This document shows, one piece after another, positions 1-11,600 of a stretch of DNA of 32,726 bases. Source of the stretch: Chiloscyllium plagiosum (Eukaryota); assembly GCF_004010195.1 (NCBI RefSeq), contig NW_025214029.1, forward strand, positions 1 to 32,726. Reading direction: 5' to 3'. Below the pieces are notes generated by a model that had not been told where the DNA came from, did not search any database, and saw only the letters and a program-made list of their open reading frames with translations. Every line of letters starts with the position of its first letter. The stretch's first letter is position 1. The translations under genes and the position numbers were made by a program.

Positions 1-245
1 TCTCTCTCTCTCTCATGTACACTGTTTTGCTCTCTCTCTGTCTTGCATACACTATTTTGCTCTTGCTCTCTCTCTCACGTACACTCTGTTTTGCTCTCTC
101 TCTCTGTCTTGCTTACACAGTCTGTTTTGCTCTTGCTCTCTCTCTTGTCTCTCCCTTGCGCGCACACTCACAGGCACACACACTCACGCGCACTCCCTTG
201 TGTGCTCTATCTCTCCCGCATTCCCCCACACACACGTGCATGCAC
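1..245. repeat. CT/CA-rich low-complexity repeat
   Basis: Imperfect repeats of ctctctctctgtcttgc..tacac..tgttttgctc followed by CA-rich tracts. Confidence 0.8.
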
Positions 246-295
246 GCCCTGACAACAGGCAGGCAGCTGGCATTTCTCTCTCTCCTTCCTTGCAG

Positions 296-480
296 CTGTT
301 ACAATGAGTGCAGGCACGGCCAGTGCAGTGGGCCCCCTCACTACTCCTGTATCTGTGAGCTGGGCTGGACCTCTGACATGGAGACCGTCAACGAGACTGG
401 CGTCGAATGTGACATTGACTGCGGCTGTCACTTCCACAGCACGTGCCGTGATGGCATTGGAAAGTGTGACCAATGCATGG
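296..480 (+). CDS. MEGF8: MEGF8 internal exon A (EGF-like / start of laminin-EGF)
   Basis: Pyrimidine tract plus tgcag|, ends ATGG|gtaagg. Encodes CYNECRHGQCSGPPHYSCICELGWTSD...DCGCHFHSTCRDGIGKCDQCM, matching my recollection of MEGF8 (CGHGVCSGPPDFTCVCDLGWTSD...DCGCSFHSHC). Phase 1 joins exon B (G+AC=Asp). Confidence 0.93.
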
Positions 481-757
481 GTAAGGGTTTGAGCGCGCTC
501 CCTCTGTGGTTCACTGAACTCCGCAGTGATTCAGGAGCAGCGAGTCTGCGAGTGCATGATAGGCTCTTCAAATGAACACGGGCACAGACTGTGAAAAGGG
601 AGTCTATAGAGAAACCATCCCACCGCACCCTTGGAATCTTCTACCCTCTCCGAGGTTCTGAATGACGACTGGCCCAACCTGGTTGACGTCCTGCGATGAG
701 ACCCACCCCTCCATCTCAGGAATGAGCCAAGTGGACTGTCTCTGGGCTGTCCCTGCC

Positions 758-910
758 TCAGAGTCGAGGTTAGTGTGGTGCTGGAAAAGCACAGCAGGTC
801 AGGCAGCATCCGAGGAGCAGGAAAAATCGGCGTTTCGGGCAAAAGCTCTGACCTGCTGTGCTTCTCCAGCACTGCTCTAATCTTGACTCTGATCTCCAGC
901 ATCTGCAGGA
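758..910. mobile_element. Fold-back remnant of two inverted Penelope-like terminal repeats
   Basis: 45-nt inverted repeat (758-802 vs 848-892, 6 differences) is seen directly. The GCTGGAAAAGCACAGCAGGTCAGGCAGCATC...CGTTTCGGGC motif is recalled as typical of shark Penelope pLTRs. Confidence 0.6.
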
Positions 911-989
911 CCCACTTCTGTCCTTTCCCTGCCACAGGTCTCAACCCCCTCAGCACACGTCTTTATTGCTCAGACCTTTCAATGCAGGG

Positions 990-1565
990 GTTGGGACATC
1001 ATGTTGAGGTTGTACAGGATATTGGTGAGACCCCTTCTGGAATACTGTGTCCAGTTCTGGTTGCCCAGTTATAGGAAGGATATTAGGAAGTTGGAGAGGG
1101 TTTAGAAGGGATTTTCCAGGATGTTGCCGGGTATGGAGGGGTTTGAATTATAAAGGAAAGGCTGGATAGGCTGGGACTTTTTTCACTGGAATGTAGGGGG
1201 TTGACGGGTGACCTGATAGAGCTTGGTAAAATCACGAGGGGCAACGCTAAGGTGAACAGCAGGGGTCTTTTCCCTGGGGGGGAGATTTCAAGAGGAGGGG
1301 ACATATTTTTACAGTGAGGGGAAAACGATTTCTAAAAAGGCATGAAGTGCAGGTACATTCACACACAGTGTGTGGCTTGTGTGGAATGAGCTACCAGAGG
1401 AAGTGGTGGACGCAGATACAGTGACAATGCTTAAAAGGGATTGAGATAAGGACATGGATAGGAAAGGTTTGGAGGGAGTTGGGCCAAGTGCAGGCAGGTG
1501 GGAGGAGTTTAGTCAGCACGGACTGGTGGGACTGAACAGTCTGGTTCTGTACTATCAGACTCTGA
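990..1565 (+). mobile_element. CR1-type LINE 3' fragment (RT C-terminus and tail), decayed
   Basis: Translates MLRLYRILVRPLLEYCVQFWLPSYRKDI...MLPGMEGLNYK..LDRLGLFSLE...GDLIE, the conserved CR1 ORF2 C-terminus. Contains stops and frameshifts. Confidence 0.88.
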
Positions 1566-1821
1566 GCTCCACACTGTCCACTGCACGCGAGGTGTAGTCT
1601 CACCAACGTCCTCTCCCTATCTCCCACTCCCCCTCGTAATTAAAGGCCCTTGCTCTCCTGAATCACTTGCTGAGCCTGGTAACCTCCGGGAAACCCGAAC
1701 CTCGAGGCATCTCCCAATTTCCCATCCGCAAGAAGGCCATTCAGCCCATCAACTCTCTGTCTGCGGAGCTCTCTGTGCTCTCCCATTCGTCTCCCTGTGT
1801 CCCTGTCGCTCCTGCCCTCCA

Positions 1822-1927
1822 GAAACAAGGACAGAAATAGCTGGAGAAACTTGACAGGCTCTGGCGGTATCTGTGAACAGAGAAACTAAGTGAATGTTTT
1901 GGATCCAGTGACCCTTCTGCTGAAACC
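1822..1927 (-). mobile_element. Penelope-like terminal repeat fragment with degenerate hammerhead motif
   Basis: Minus strand reads CAGCAGAA-GGGTC ACTG GATCC-AAAAC. A stem-II-like hairpin is flanked by decayed CUGANGA and GAAA boxes, and the flanks resemble the 758-910 arms. Confidence 0.5.
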
Positions 1928-2107
1928 TCGCTGCCCCTGACACAGCCCCCATCCCAGACAAAATACATGCAGTTCAGGTCTTCATGAGAGCAATTTCCCG
2001 ATGCGTATTCCTTATCATCTTGCCGAGTTGTTCGTGGGGAAAGGAGCAAGAAACACCGATAGGCCACTCTGCCACTCAGTAAGATCACAGGGCGATCGGA
2101 TTTTAAT

Positions 2108-2385
2108 CTTCTCTACATCAGGGAGACTGAACGTAAACTTAGGGAACGGTTCACCGAGCATCGCAGCCAGACCCACAGGGACCAAACGGACCTCCCAGTC
2201 ACCGCCCATTTCAATTCCCCTTCCCACTCAATTTCCAACATGACCATGTTCCACCTGGGCACCCTACAGCCTGGAGGACTCAACATTGAGTTCTCCAATT
2301 TCAAATAACCTCCCTTTCCATCCCTAGATTCCCTTCCCAGACCCTCTGCCTGGTTTGCTGTGTTCTTCCAGCCTCCTGCCTGTCT
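2108..2385 (+). mobile_element. Penelope-like retroelement GIY-YIG endonuclease C-terminal fragment plus 3' tail
   Basis: Manual translation of 2108-2308: LLYIRETERKLRERFTEHRSQTHRDQTDLPVTAHFNSPSHS...FHLGTLQPGGLNIEFSNFK*. It carries the YIGET-R-L--R--EH, HF and GLN motifs of PLE GIY-YIG, with an internal deletion. Confidence 0.82.
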
Positions 2386-2467
2386 ATTGTGGACAGTTTT
2401 TATGCCTTTAATCTGGATTCAACTTTCCCTCATTCCTGATAATAAAACCAACAGATGTTCTGGTTCC

Positions 2468-2700
2468 AGGGCATGGGTTTCCTCCCACAGTCCAAAGATA
2501 TGCAGGTTAGGGTGGATTAGCCATGCTGAATTGTCCTGTAGTGTACAGGGATGTGTAGGTTAAGTGGATTAGACATGGGGAAATGCAGGGTTACAGGGAT
2601 AGGGTAGGGGTGTGGGGTCTGGATGGGATGCTCTTCAGAGGGTCAGAGTGGACTCGATGGGCTGAATGGCCTCCTTCCCTGCTGTAAGGATTCAATGATG
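2468..2700 (+). mobile_element. V-SINE (HE1-like) fragment with LINE-derived tail
   Basis: GGTTTCCTCCCACAGTCCAAAGA..TGCAGGTTAG..GTGGATT..CCATGCT V-domain-like core and GGACTCGATGGGCTGAATGGCCT tail. The family name is from memory. Confidence 0.75.
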
Positions 2701-5600
2701 TAGGAGTGGAAGGAAGCCATTCAGTCGATTGAGTCTGCTCCACCATTTCCATGGGATTATGGCTGATCTGATCATCCTCAACTCCACTTTTCCTGCCTTT
2801 TGGTAATGTGGGGACCAGAACTGTACGCAGCATTCCAAATGTGGCCGAACCAGAGTTTTATACAACTGTAACATGACTTGCCAACTCTTGTACTTGATAC
2901 CCCATCCGATGAAGGAAAGCATTCCATGTGTCTACTTGACCACTCGATATCGACCTACATTACCACCTTCAGGGTGCAGTGGACCTGAACACCCAGATCT
3001 CTCTGTACATCAATTTTCCCCAGGGCTTTTCCGTTTACCATATAGATCACTCTGGAATTGCATCTTCCAAAATGCACCACCTCACATTTGTCCAGATTGA
3101 ACTCGATCTGCCATTTCTCTGCCCAACTCTCCAATCTATCTGTATTTTGCTGAATTCTCTGACAGTCCCCTTCACTATCTGCTACTCCACCAACCTTAGT
3201 GTCATCTGCAAACTGACTAATCAGACCACCTATACCTTCCTCCAGATTATTTATGTATATCGCAAACAACAGTGGTCCCCACATGGATCCCGGTGGAGTA
3301 CCACTGGTCACAGATCTCCACTTTGAGAAACTCCCTTCCACTGATAGTCTTGGTTTCCTGCTGCCCAGGCAGTTCTCTATCCACCTAGCTGGTACACCCT
3401 GCACCCATGCAACTTCACTTTCTCCATTAGCCTATCATTGGGAACATACTCAAACGCCTTACTGAAGCCCAGGTATATAACATTTGCAGCCCTTCCCCCA
3501 CCAAGCAACGTTGTCACTTCCTCAAAGAATTCTGTTAACTTGGTAAGCCTTTGACCTTCCCTGCTGCCTTTCACTGATAAGCCCATTTTCTTCCAAATGG
3601 GAATAGGTCCTGTCCCTCAGTATCTTCTCCAGCAGTTTCTCCACCACTGACATCGGGCTCTCTGGTCTGTAATTACCTGGCTTATCCCTGCTACCCTTCT
3701 TAAACAAGGGGACAATATTAGCAATTCTCCAGTCCTCTGGGACCTCACCCATGTTCAAGGATGCTGCAATGGTGTCTGTTAAAGCCCCAGTTATTCCCTC
3801 TCTCGCTTCCCTCAGAAACCTGGGATGGATTCCATCTGGACCTGGGGAATTGTCCACCTTAATGCCTTTTAGAATATCCTCCCTCCTTATGCTAACTTGA
3901 CCTCGAGTAATCAAACATCTATCCCTAACCTCAACATCTGTCATGTTCCTCTCCTTGGTGAATACTGATGCAGAGTACTCATTGAGAATCGCACCCATTT
4001 TCTCTGACTGCACACATATCTTGCCTCCTTTGTCCTTGAATGGGCCAACCCTTTCCATCATTACCCTCTTGCCTCTTATATGCAAATGAAAGCCTTTGGG
4101 ATTTTCCTGATCCCTGGTTGTTACAGATATTTCATGACCCCTTTTAGCCCTCTTAATTCCTCATTTGTTTGGTCCTACATTCCTGATATTCTTCCAAAGC
4201 TTCTCCTGTTTTCAGTCGTCTAGACCTTATGTACGCTTCCTTTTTCCTCTTAGCTAGTCTCATAATTTCACCTGTCATCCATGGTTCCCTAACCTTGCCA
4301 TTTCTATCCCTCATTTTCAAAGGGACGTGTCTGTCCTGCACTCCAAACAACCTCTCTTTAAAAGTCTCCCACATGTCAGATGTGGATTTACCTAAAGCAG
4401 CTGCTCCCCATCTACATACCCCAGCTCCTGCTGAATTTTGGTATCGTTGGCCTTGCCCCAATTTAGCACTCTTCCTTTAGGACCATTCTTGTCTTTGTCC
4501 ATGCATATTCTAAAACTTATGAAATTGTGATCACTATTCCAAAGTAATCCCCTTCTGAAACTTCAACCACCTGGCTCGGGTTCATTTCCCAACACCAAGT
4601 CCAGTACAGCCCCTTCCTGAGTTGGGCTATTTACATACTGCTGGAGAAAATCCTCCTGGATGCTTCTTACAAATTCTGCTCCATCTAGACCTCTAACACG
4701 AAGTGTATCCCCGTCAATGTTGGGAAAATTAAAATCTCCTCTCACCACCACCCTGTTGCTCCTACATCTTCCCATAACCTGTTTACATATTTGTACCTCT
4801 ATCTCACGCTCGCTGTTGGGAGGCCTGTAGAACAGCCCCAGTATTGATACCGCACCCATCCTATTTCTGAGCTCTGCCCATATTGCCTCACTGCTTGAGT
4901 CCTCCATAGTGCCCTCCTTCAGCACAGCTGTGATATCCTCTCTGATCAGTAATGCAACTTGCCCACCCCTTTTACCTCCCTCTCTATCCTGCCTGAAGCA
5001 TCAATATCCTGGGATATTTAGTTGCCAATCGAGCCCTTCCCTTAGCCACCTCTCAGTAATAACAATAACATCATACTCCCAGGTACTAATCCAAGCCCTA
5101 TGTTCATCTGCCTTACCTACTTTACTTCTTGCATTAAAACAAATGCAGTTCACATCACCAGTCCCTCTGCATTCATCCTCTGTTTCCTGCCTACTCTTCT
5201 CTTTAGTCACACTGACTTCATTATCTAGTTCCTTCCAGGCTTTAGTTACGATCTCCTTCCTGTCCACTAACCTCTACATTTGGTTCCCATCCCCCTGCCA
5301 CATTAGTTTAAACCTTCCCCAGCAGCGATAGTAAAAGCACCCTGAAGGACATTGGTTCCAGTCCAGCCCAGGTGTACACCATTCAATTTGTAATAGTCCC
5401 ACCTCCCCCAGAATCGATCCCAATGTTGCAAAAATCTGAACCCCTTCCTCCTGCACCATCTCTCAAGCCACACTTTCATCCTGAACATTCTATCATTCCT
5501 ACTCTAACTCGCAGGTGGCACATGGTAGCAATCCTGAGATCACTGCCTCTGAGGTCCTACTTTTTAACTTAGTTCCTAATTCCCTAAATTCAGCTTGTCA
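2700..5600 (-). mobile_element. Long decayed CR1 LINE (3' part of ORF1 esterase, APE endonuclease, reverse transcriptase)
   Basis: Consecutive minus-strand ORF pieces in correct order: WLERWCRRKGFRFLQHW...NGVHL (SGNH esterase), CICFNARS, YRPPN, GDFNFPNI, VLDLVL (APE), SPGPDGIHPR, PEDWRIANIVPLFKKG, GPLLFAIYINNL, FADDTK, LYKTLVRPHLECCVQFWSP (RT). Multiple frameshifts. Confidence 0.95.
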
Positions 5601-5619
5601 GATCTCATCCCGTTTTTAT

Positions 5620-6195
5620 CTACGTGTGTGTGTCTGTGTACGCATGTGTGTGTGTCTGTGTACGCATGTGTGTGTGTCTGTGTACGCATGTGTGTGTGTC
5701 TGTGTACGCATGTGTGTGTGTCTGTGTACGCATGTGTGTGTGTCTGTGTACGCATGTGTGTGTGTCTGTGTACGCGCGCGTGTGTGTGTGTGCGCGCGCG
5801 CGCGTGTGTGTCTGTGCGCGCGCGTCTGTGTGTCTGTTTGCGCGTGTCTGTGTGTGTGTGCGTGCGTCTGTGTCTCTATGTGCGTGAGTATGTATGTGCC
5901 TGTGTGTACGTATGTATGTGTTTCTGTGCATGCGTATGTGTGTCTGTGTGCGTGAGTATGTATGTGTCTGTGTGCATGCATATGTGTGTCTGTGCGTGCG
6001 CATGCATATGTGTGTCTGTGCGTGCGCATGTGAATATATGTTCTGTGAGTATGTGTGTGTGTGTGCGCGCATTCATGAGTGTGTGTATCTGTGTATGTGC
6101 GTGTGAGAGAGTATGTGTGTCCCTCTGCGTGTGTTTGTGTGTGTGTATGTATGTCCGTGTGTGTGTGTGTGTGTGAAAGAGTGTGTGTATCTGTG
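5620..6195. repeat. (TG)n/(CG)n-rich compound microsatellite starting with a 22-bp unit
   Basis: tgtgtgtgtgtctgtgtacgca about 6 times, then degenerate TG/CG repeats. Confidence 0.93.
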
Positions 6196-6352
6196 ATTGT
6201 GTGCTGAAAGAACTTGGGGTCGGGTGGGGGTTGCATCTGTTGATGGTTCGGTGCTGGAGTGGCTGTCAATAGAAAGTTTCTGTGTGAGTTGGAATGACTA
6301 TGTGGCTGACTGTCCATTTCTGACTGAGTTTAATTCACACTGTTTCCCACAG

Positions 6353-6563
6353 ACTGGACCATGGGGCAGCACTGTGAGCTGTGCCAACCAGGCAGCTATG
6401 GCAATGCCACCCAGAAGGATGGCTGCCAGCAGTGTGCGTGTAATGGGCACGGGGCCAGCTGGTTGGGTGACTGTGACCGGGCGACAGGCAGATGTTTTTG
6501 CACCGAGAACACTGAAGGGCCACACTGTGAGGACTGTGTCGCAGGTTACTATGGAGACCCACG
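6353..6563 (+). CDS. MEGF8: MEGF8 exon B (laminin-type EGF repeats)
   Basis: cccacag| ... CG|gtgagt. Encodes DWTMGQHCELCQPGSYGNAT...CFCTENTEGPHCEDCVAGYYGDPR (MEGF8 DWTWGEHC...GYYGDPR). Confidence 0.95.
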
Positions 6564-6641
6564 GTGAGTGAAGCTGTCAGGTCTGTCCCCCTGTCTCTGA
6601 GAGAGAAGCTACAGGCAGCACCTCCCAGCCCCCTTCTCTCT

Positions 6642-6875
6642 TTCTCACACTCACACACGCACAGAGACACACGCACTGACACAGACAGGCATTCACGGAG
6701 ACTGACACACAAACACAGACACATACATATGCACGTGCACGCACAGACAACAGACGCACATGCACACGCACACACACAGATGCGCACACATGCGCACACG
6801 CACACACAGACGCGCATGCACAGACAACAGAGACGCACACAGACGCGGACACACACACAACCTTTGCACGCTCAC
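6642..6875. repeat. (CA)n-rich degenerate microsatellite
   Basis: Runs of cacacacagacgcacatgca. Confidence 0.9.
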
Positions 6876-7004
6876 ATAACTGCCCACTGAACACCGATAC
6901 GGATTCACATTTTCACTCTCATACTCACTCTCAAACTGATTTTCTCTCATAATTCCTCTCGTACATTCCTGAGATCCCCGCTTGATTGGCCCCATATCCA
7001 CAAG

Positions 7005-7350
7005 TATTCAATCACCCCACCACCGACGCTCAGTAGCAGCAGTGTGTACCATCTACAAGATGCACGGCAGAAATTCACCCAAGATCCTCAGGCAGCACCT
7101 TCCACACCCACGACCACTTCCATCGGGAAGGACAAGGGGCAGCAGATAGATGGGAAACCACTCCCTGCAAGTTCCCCTCCGAGCCACTCACCATCCTGGC
7201 TTGGAAATATATCGCCATTCCTTCAGTGTGGCTGGGTCAGAATCCTGGAATTCTCTCCCTCAGGGACGTTGTGGGTCAACTCACAGCACCCGGTTCACAG
7301 CCACCTTCTCAAAGGGCAATGAACGATGGGTGGTAAGTGGTGGGCCATGA
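7005..7350 (+). mobile_element. CR1/L2-group LINE 3' fragment (second family)
   Basis: Translates HHRRSVAAVCTIYKMH...LEIYRHSFSVAGSESWNSLP, a typical LINE ORF2 C-terminal F...WNSLP motif, followed by a tail. Confidence 0.7.
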
Positions 7351-7532
7351 ATATATTTTACAGAAGTCTCTGTATCTGTCCCATTGTCAGCAGCGACTCT
7401 CCTCAGTCCCTGCAATGGTTCAGCTGCCCTGTACACAAAAGTACCACCCACCTCCATCCGGCCTGTCCCTTGGAATGTAAGGGAGGGGGAGTGGGTGATA
7501 GTAGGTGACTGCAGCCTTTGCTTTGTCTCCAG

Positions 7533-7755
7533 AGAGAATGGAAGATGTTACCGCGAGTGCGTGGGCCGTGTCCTGCTGCAGAATATCTCCTCATCGGCCC
7601 TGGGCTCTACGCGGGGTCAGGGCCTCTCCGCCAAGGGCCTGGCCTACTGCCTGTGGGTGCTGACCACCTCCAACAGCCTGGACTCCTGCGAGGGACAAAG
7701 TGGCTGCCTGACCGTCAGCCTGACCATTGGGCCCGACATCAGGGTGACATGTGGT
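7533..7755 (+). CDS. MEGF8: MEGF8 exon C (start of second CUB domain)
   Basis: ctccag| ... GGT|gtgagt. Encodes ENGRCYRECVGRVLLQNISSSALGS...GLAYCLWVL...SLTIGPDIRVTCG (MEGF8 CFRECGGRALLTNVSSVALGS...GLSYCVWV). Confidence 0.93.
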
Positions 7756-7885
7756 GTGAGTATCTCCGAGACGTGGCGGTGCCGGGTTTGGGGTCAGGGG
7801 TGAGCGAGCGAGGGGGAGTCAGTATTCACGCGGCCTTGCTCTCTCGGGTCAGTCTCCATCACCTGCTCACTTTGCTCCTTTTCAG

Positions 7886-8030
7886 CAAAACTATGTCTAC
7901 GTCTTTGACGGGGTGCCAGGGTTCCTGAGCCAGCCCCAGCAGCACAGTGCCCTCTATGCAGATCCGAAACTGATCGGCGCCTTCTGTGGCAATGGGCACA
8001 CACGGGCGGTCAAGGTGGATGCTGTCTCAG
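7886..8030 (+). CDS. MEGF8: MEGF8 exon D (CUB domain)
   Basis: ttttcag| ... TCAG|gtacgg. Manual translation QNYVYVFDGVPGFLSQPQQHSALYADPKLIGAFCGNGHTRAVKVDAVS (CUB YVxxFDG and LIxAFCG motifs). This frame is not in the ORF track. Confidence 0.92.
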
Positions 8031-8065
8031 GTACGGCGGTAAATCACCGTGAGTGAAGCGGCAGG

Positions 8066-8232
8066 CTCACCGGGAGGTGACGGTTCCCGGGCAGTCACCG
8101 GGAGGGGACGGTTCCCGGGCAGTCACCGGGAGGGGACGGTTCCCGGGCAGTCACCGGGAGGGGACGGTTCCCGGGCAGTCACCGGGAGGGGACGGTTCCC
8201 GGGCAGTCACCGGGAGGGGACGGTCACCGGGC
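8066..8232. repeat. 28-bp minisatellite, about 6 copies
   Basis: Unit gggaggggacggttcccgggcagtcacc. Confidence 0.93.
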
Positions 8233-8335
8233 TGTAACTGGGGGAGAGCCCTGTATCGCACTATGACTGGGTGAATGGAGAAAGCTGCCTGTGTTTGGGT
8301 TTCCCCACTGTATCCGTTTTCCCGATCTTCACCAG

Positions 8336-8559
8336 GTGTCCTCACTGTCTACTTCGAAGCCAACATCTCCAGGGCAGCGGGCACAGAGGGTTTCAATGCC
8401 ACCTACACCATCAGCAGCTGTCAGCCCAGATGCCTGGAAAACCAGAGATGCCAGGACGGGCACTGTGTGTGTGAGACGGGCTACAGCGGCGAGAACTGCA
8501 CCTCAAGTATGTGCCCCAATAACTGCTCATCTCGAACTCACAACGGGCACTGCCACATG
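8336..8559 (+). CDS. MEGF8: MEGF8 exon E (end of CUB plus EGF)
   Basis: accag| ... CACATG|gtgagt. Encodes GVLTVYFEANIS...GFNATY...CVCETGYSGENC...CPNNCSSRTHNGHCHM. Confidence 0.93.
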
Positions 8560-8609
8560 GTGAGTGTCAGGCCAGGGGTGGACGGGCAGCTCGTGGGGGT
8601 GGGGGCAGA

Positions 8610-11600
8610 AATATTCCCCCTGGGACACTGCAGAATGGGAATATTCCCCACGGGGCACTGCAAACGGAGAATACTCCCCCCCGAGGCACTGTGTGATGGG
8701 GATACTCCCCATGGGACACTGTGTGATGGGAATACTCCCCCCCCAGGACACTGTGTGATGGGGACACTCCCCCTGGGACACTGTGCGATGGGAATACTCC
8801 CCCTGGGACACTGTGTGATGGGAATACTCCCCCCCCAGGACACTGTGTGATGGGGACACTCCCCCTGGGACACTGTGCGATGGGAATACTCCCCCTGGGA
8901 CACTGTGTGATGGGAATACTCCCCCCCCAGGACACTGTGTGATGGGGACACTCCCCCTGGGACACTGTGCGATGGGAATACTCCCCCTGGGACACTGTGT
9001 GATGGGAATACTCCCCCCCCAGGACACTGTGTGATGGGGACACTCCCCCTGGGACACTGTGCGATGGGAATACTCCCCCTGGGACACTGTGTGATGGGAA
9101 TACTCCCCCCCCAGGACACTGTGTGATGGGGACACTCCCCCTGGGACACTGTGCGATGGGAATACTCCCCCTGGGACACTGTGTGATGGGAATACTCCCC
9201 CCCCAGGACACTGTGTGATGGGGACACTCCCCCTGGGACACTGTGCGATGGGAATACTCCCCCTGGGACACTGTGTGATGGGAATACTCCCCCCCCAGGA
9301 CACTGTGTGATGGGGACACTCCCCCTGGGACACTGTGCGATGGGAATACTCCCCCTGGGACACTGTGTGATGGGAATACTCCCCCCCCAGGACACTGTGT
9401 GATGGGGACACTCCCCCTGGGACACTGTGCGATGGGAATACTCCCCCTGGGACACTGTGTGATGGGAATACTCCCCCCCCAGGACACTGTGTGATGGGGA
9501 CACTCCCCCTGGGACACTGTGCGATGGGAATACTCCCCCTGGGACACTGTGTGATGGGAATACTCCCCCCCCAGGACACTGTGTGATGGGGACACTCCCC
9601 CTGGGACACTGTGCGATGGGAATACTCCCCCTGGGACACTGTGTGATGGGAATACTCCCCCCCCAGGACACTGTGTGATGGGGACACTCCCCCTGGGACA
9701 CTGTGCGATGGGAATACTCCCCCTGGGACACTGTGTGATGGGAATACTCCCCCCCCAGGACACTGTGTGATGGGGACACTCCCCCTGGGACACTGTGCGA
9801 TGGGAATACTCCCCCTGGGACACTGTGTGATGGGAATACTCCCCCCCCAGGACACTGTGTGATGGGGACACTCCCCCTGGGACACTGTGCGATGGGAATA
9901 CTCCCCCTGGGACACTGTGTGATGGGAATACTCCCCCCCCAGGACACTGTGTGATGGGGACACTCCCCCTGGGACACTGTGCGATGGGAATACTCCCCCT
10001 GGGACACTGTGTGATGGGAATACTCCCCCCCCAGGACACTGTGTGATGGGGACACTCCCCCTGGGACACTGTGCGATGGGAATACTCCCCCTGGGACACT
10101 GTGTGATGGGAATACTCCCCCCCCAGGACACTGTGTGATGGGGACACTCCCCCTGGGACACTGTGCGATGGGAATACTCCCCCTGGGACACTGTGTGATG
10201 GGAATACTCCCCCCCCAGGACACTGTGTGATGGGGACACTCCCCCTGGGACACTGTGCGATGGGAATACTCCCCCTGGGACACTGTGTGATGGGAATACT
10301 CCCCCCCCAGGACACTGTGTGATGGGGACACTCCCCCTGGGACACTGTGCGATGGGAATACTCCCCCTGGGACACTGTGTGATGGGAATACTCCCCCCCC
10401 AGGACACTGTGTGATGGGGACACTCCCCCTGGGACACTGTGCGATGGGAATACTCCCCCTGGGACACTGTGTGATGGGAATACTCCCCCCCCAGGACACT
10501 GTGTGATGGGGACACTCCCCCTGGGACACTGTGCGATGGGAATACTCCCCCTGGGACACTGTGTGATGGGAATACTCCCCCCCCAGGACACTGTGTGATG
10601 GGGACACTCCCCCTGGGACACTGTGCGATGGGAATACTCCCCCTGGGACACTGTGTGATGGGAATACTCCCCCCCCAGGACACTGTGTGATGGGGACACT
10701 CCCCCTGGGACACTGTGCGATGGGAATACTCCCCCTGGGACACTGTGTGATGGGAATACTCCCCCCCCAGGACACTGTGTGATGGGGACACTCCCCCTGG
10801 GACACTGTGCGATGGGAATACTCCCCCTGGGACACTGTGTGATGGGAATACTCCCCCCCCAGGACACTGTGTGATGGGGACACTCCCCCTGGGACACTGT
10901 GCGATGGGAATACTCCCCCTGGGACACTGTGTGATGGGAATACTCCCCCCCCAGGACACTGTGTGATGGGGACACTCCCCCTGGGACACTGTGCGATGGG
11001 AATACTCCCCCTGGGACACTGTGTGATGGGAATACTCCCCCCCCAGGACACTGTGTGATGGGGACACTCCCCCTGGGACACTGTGCGATGGGAATACTCC
11101 CCCTGGGACACTGTGTGATGGGAATACTCCCCCCCCAGGACACTGTGTGATGGGGACACTCCCCCTGGGACACTGTGCGATGGGAATACTCCCCCTGGGA
11201 CACTGTGTGATGGGAATACTCCCCCCCCAGGACACTGTGTGATGGGGACACTCCCCCTGGGACACTGTGCGATGGGAATACTCCCCCTGGGACACTGTGT
11301 GATGGGAATACTCCCCCCCCAGGACACTGTGTGATGGGGACACTCCCCCTGGGACACTGTGCGATGGGAATACTCCCCCTGGGACACTGTGTGATGGGAA
11401 TACTCCCCCCCCAGGACACTGTGTGATGGGGACACTCCCCCTGGGACACTGTGCGATGGGAATACTCCCCCTGGGACACTGTGTGATGGGAATACTCCCC
11501 CCCCAGGACACTGTGTGATGGGGACACTCCCCCTGGGACACTGTGCGATGGGAATACTCCCCCTGGGACACTGTGTGATGGGAATACTCCCCCCCCAGGA

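Noticed and set aside
2700..5600. Possible active or domesticated reverse transcriptase gene
   Set aside because: It is broken by many stops and frameshifts and is an ordinary decayed CR1 copy.
5515..7001. CV/HT-rich ORFs
   Set aside because: They are translations of TG/CA microsatellites.
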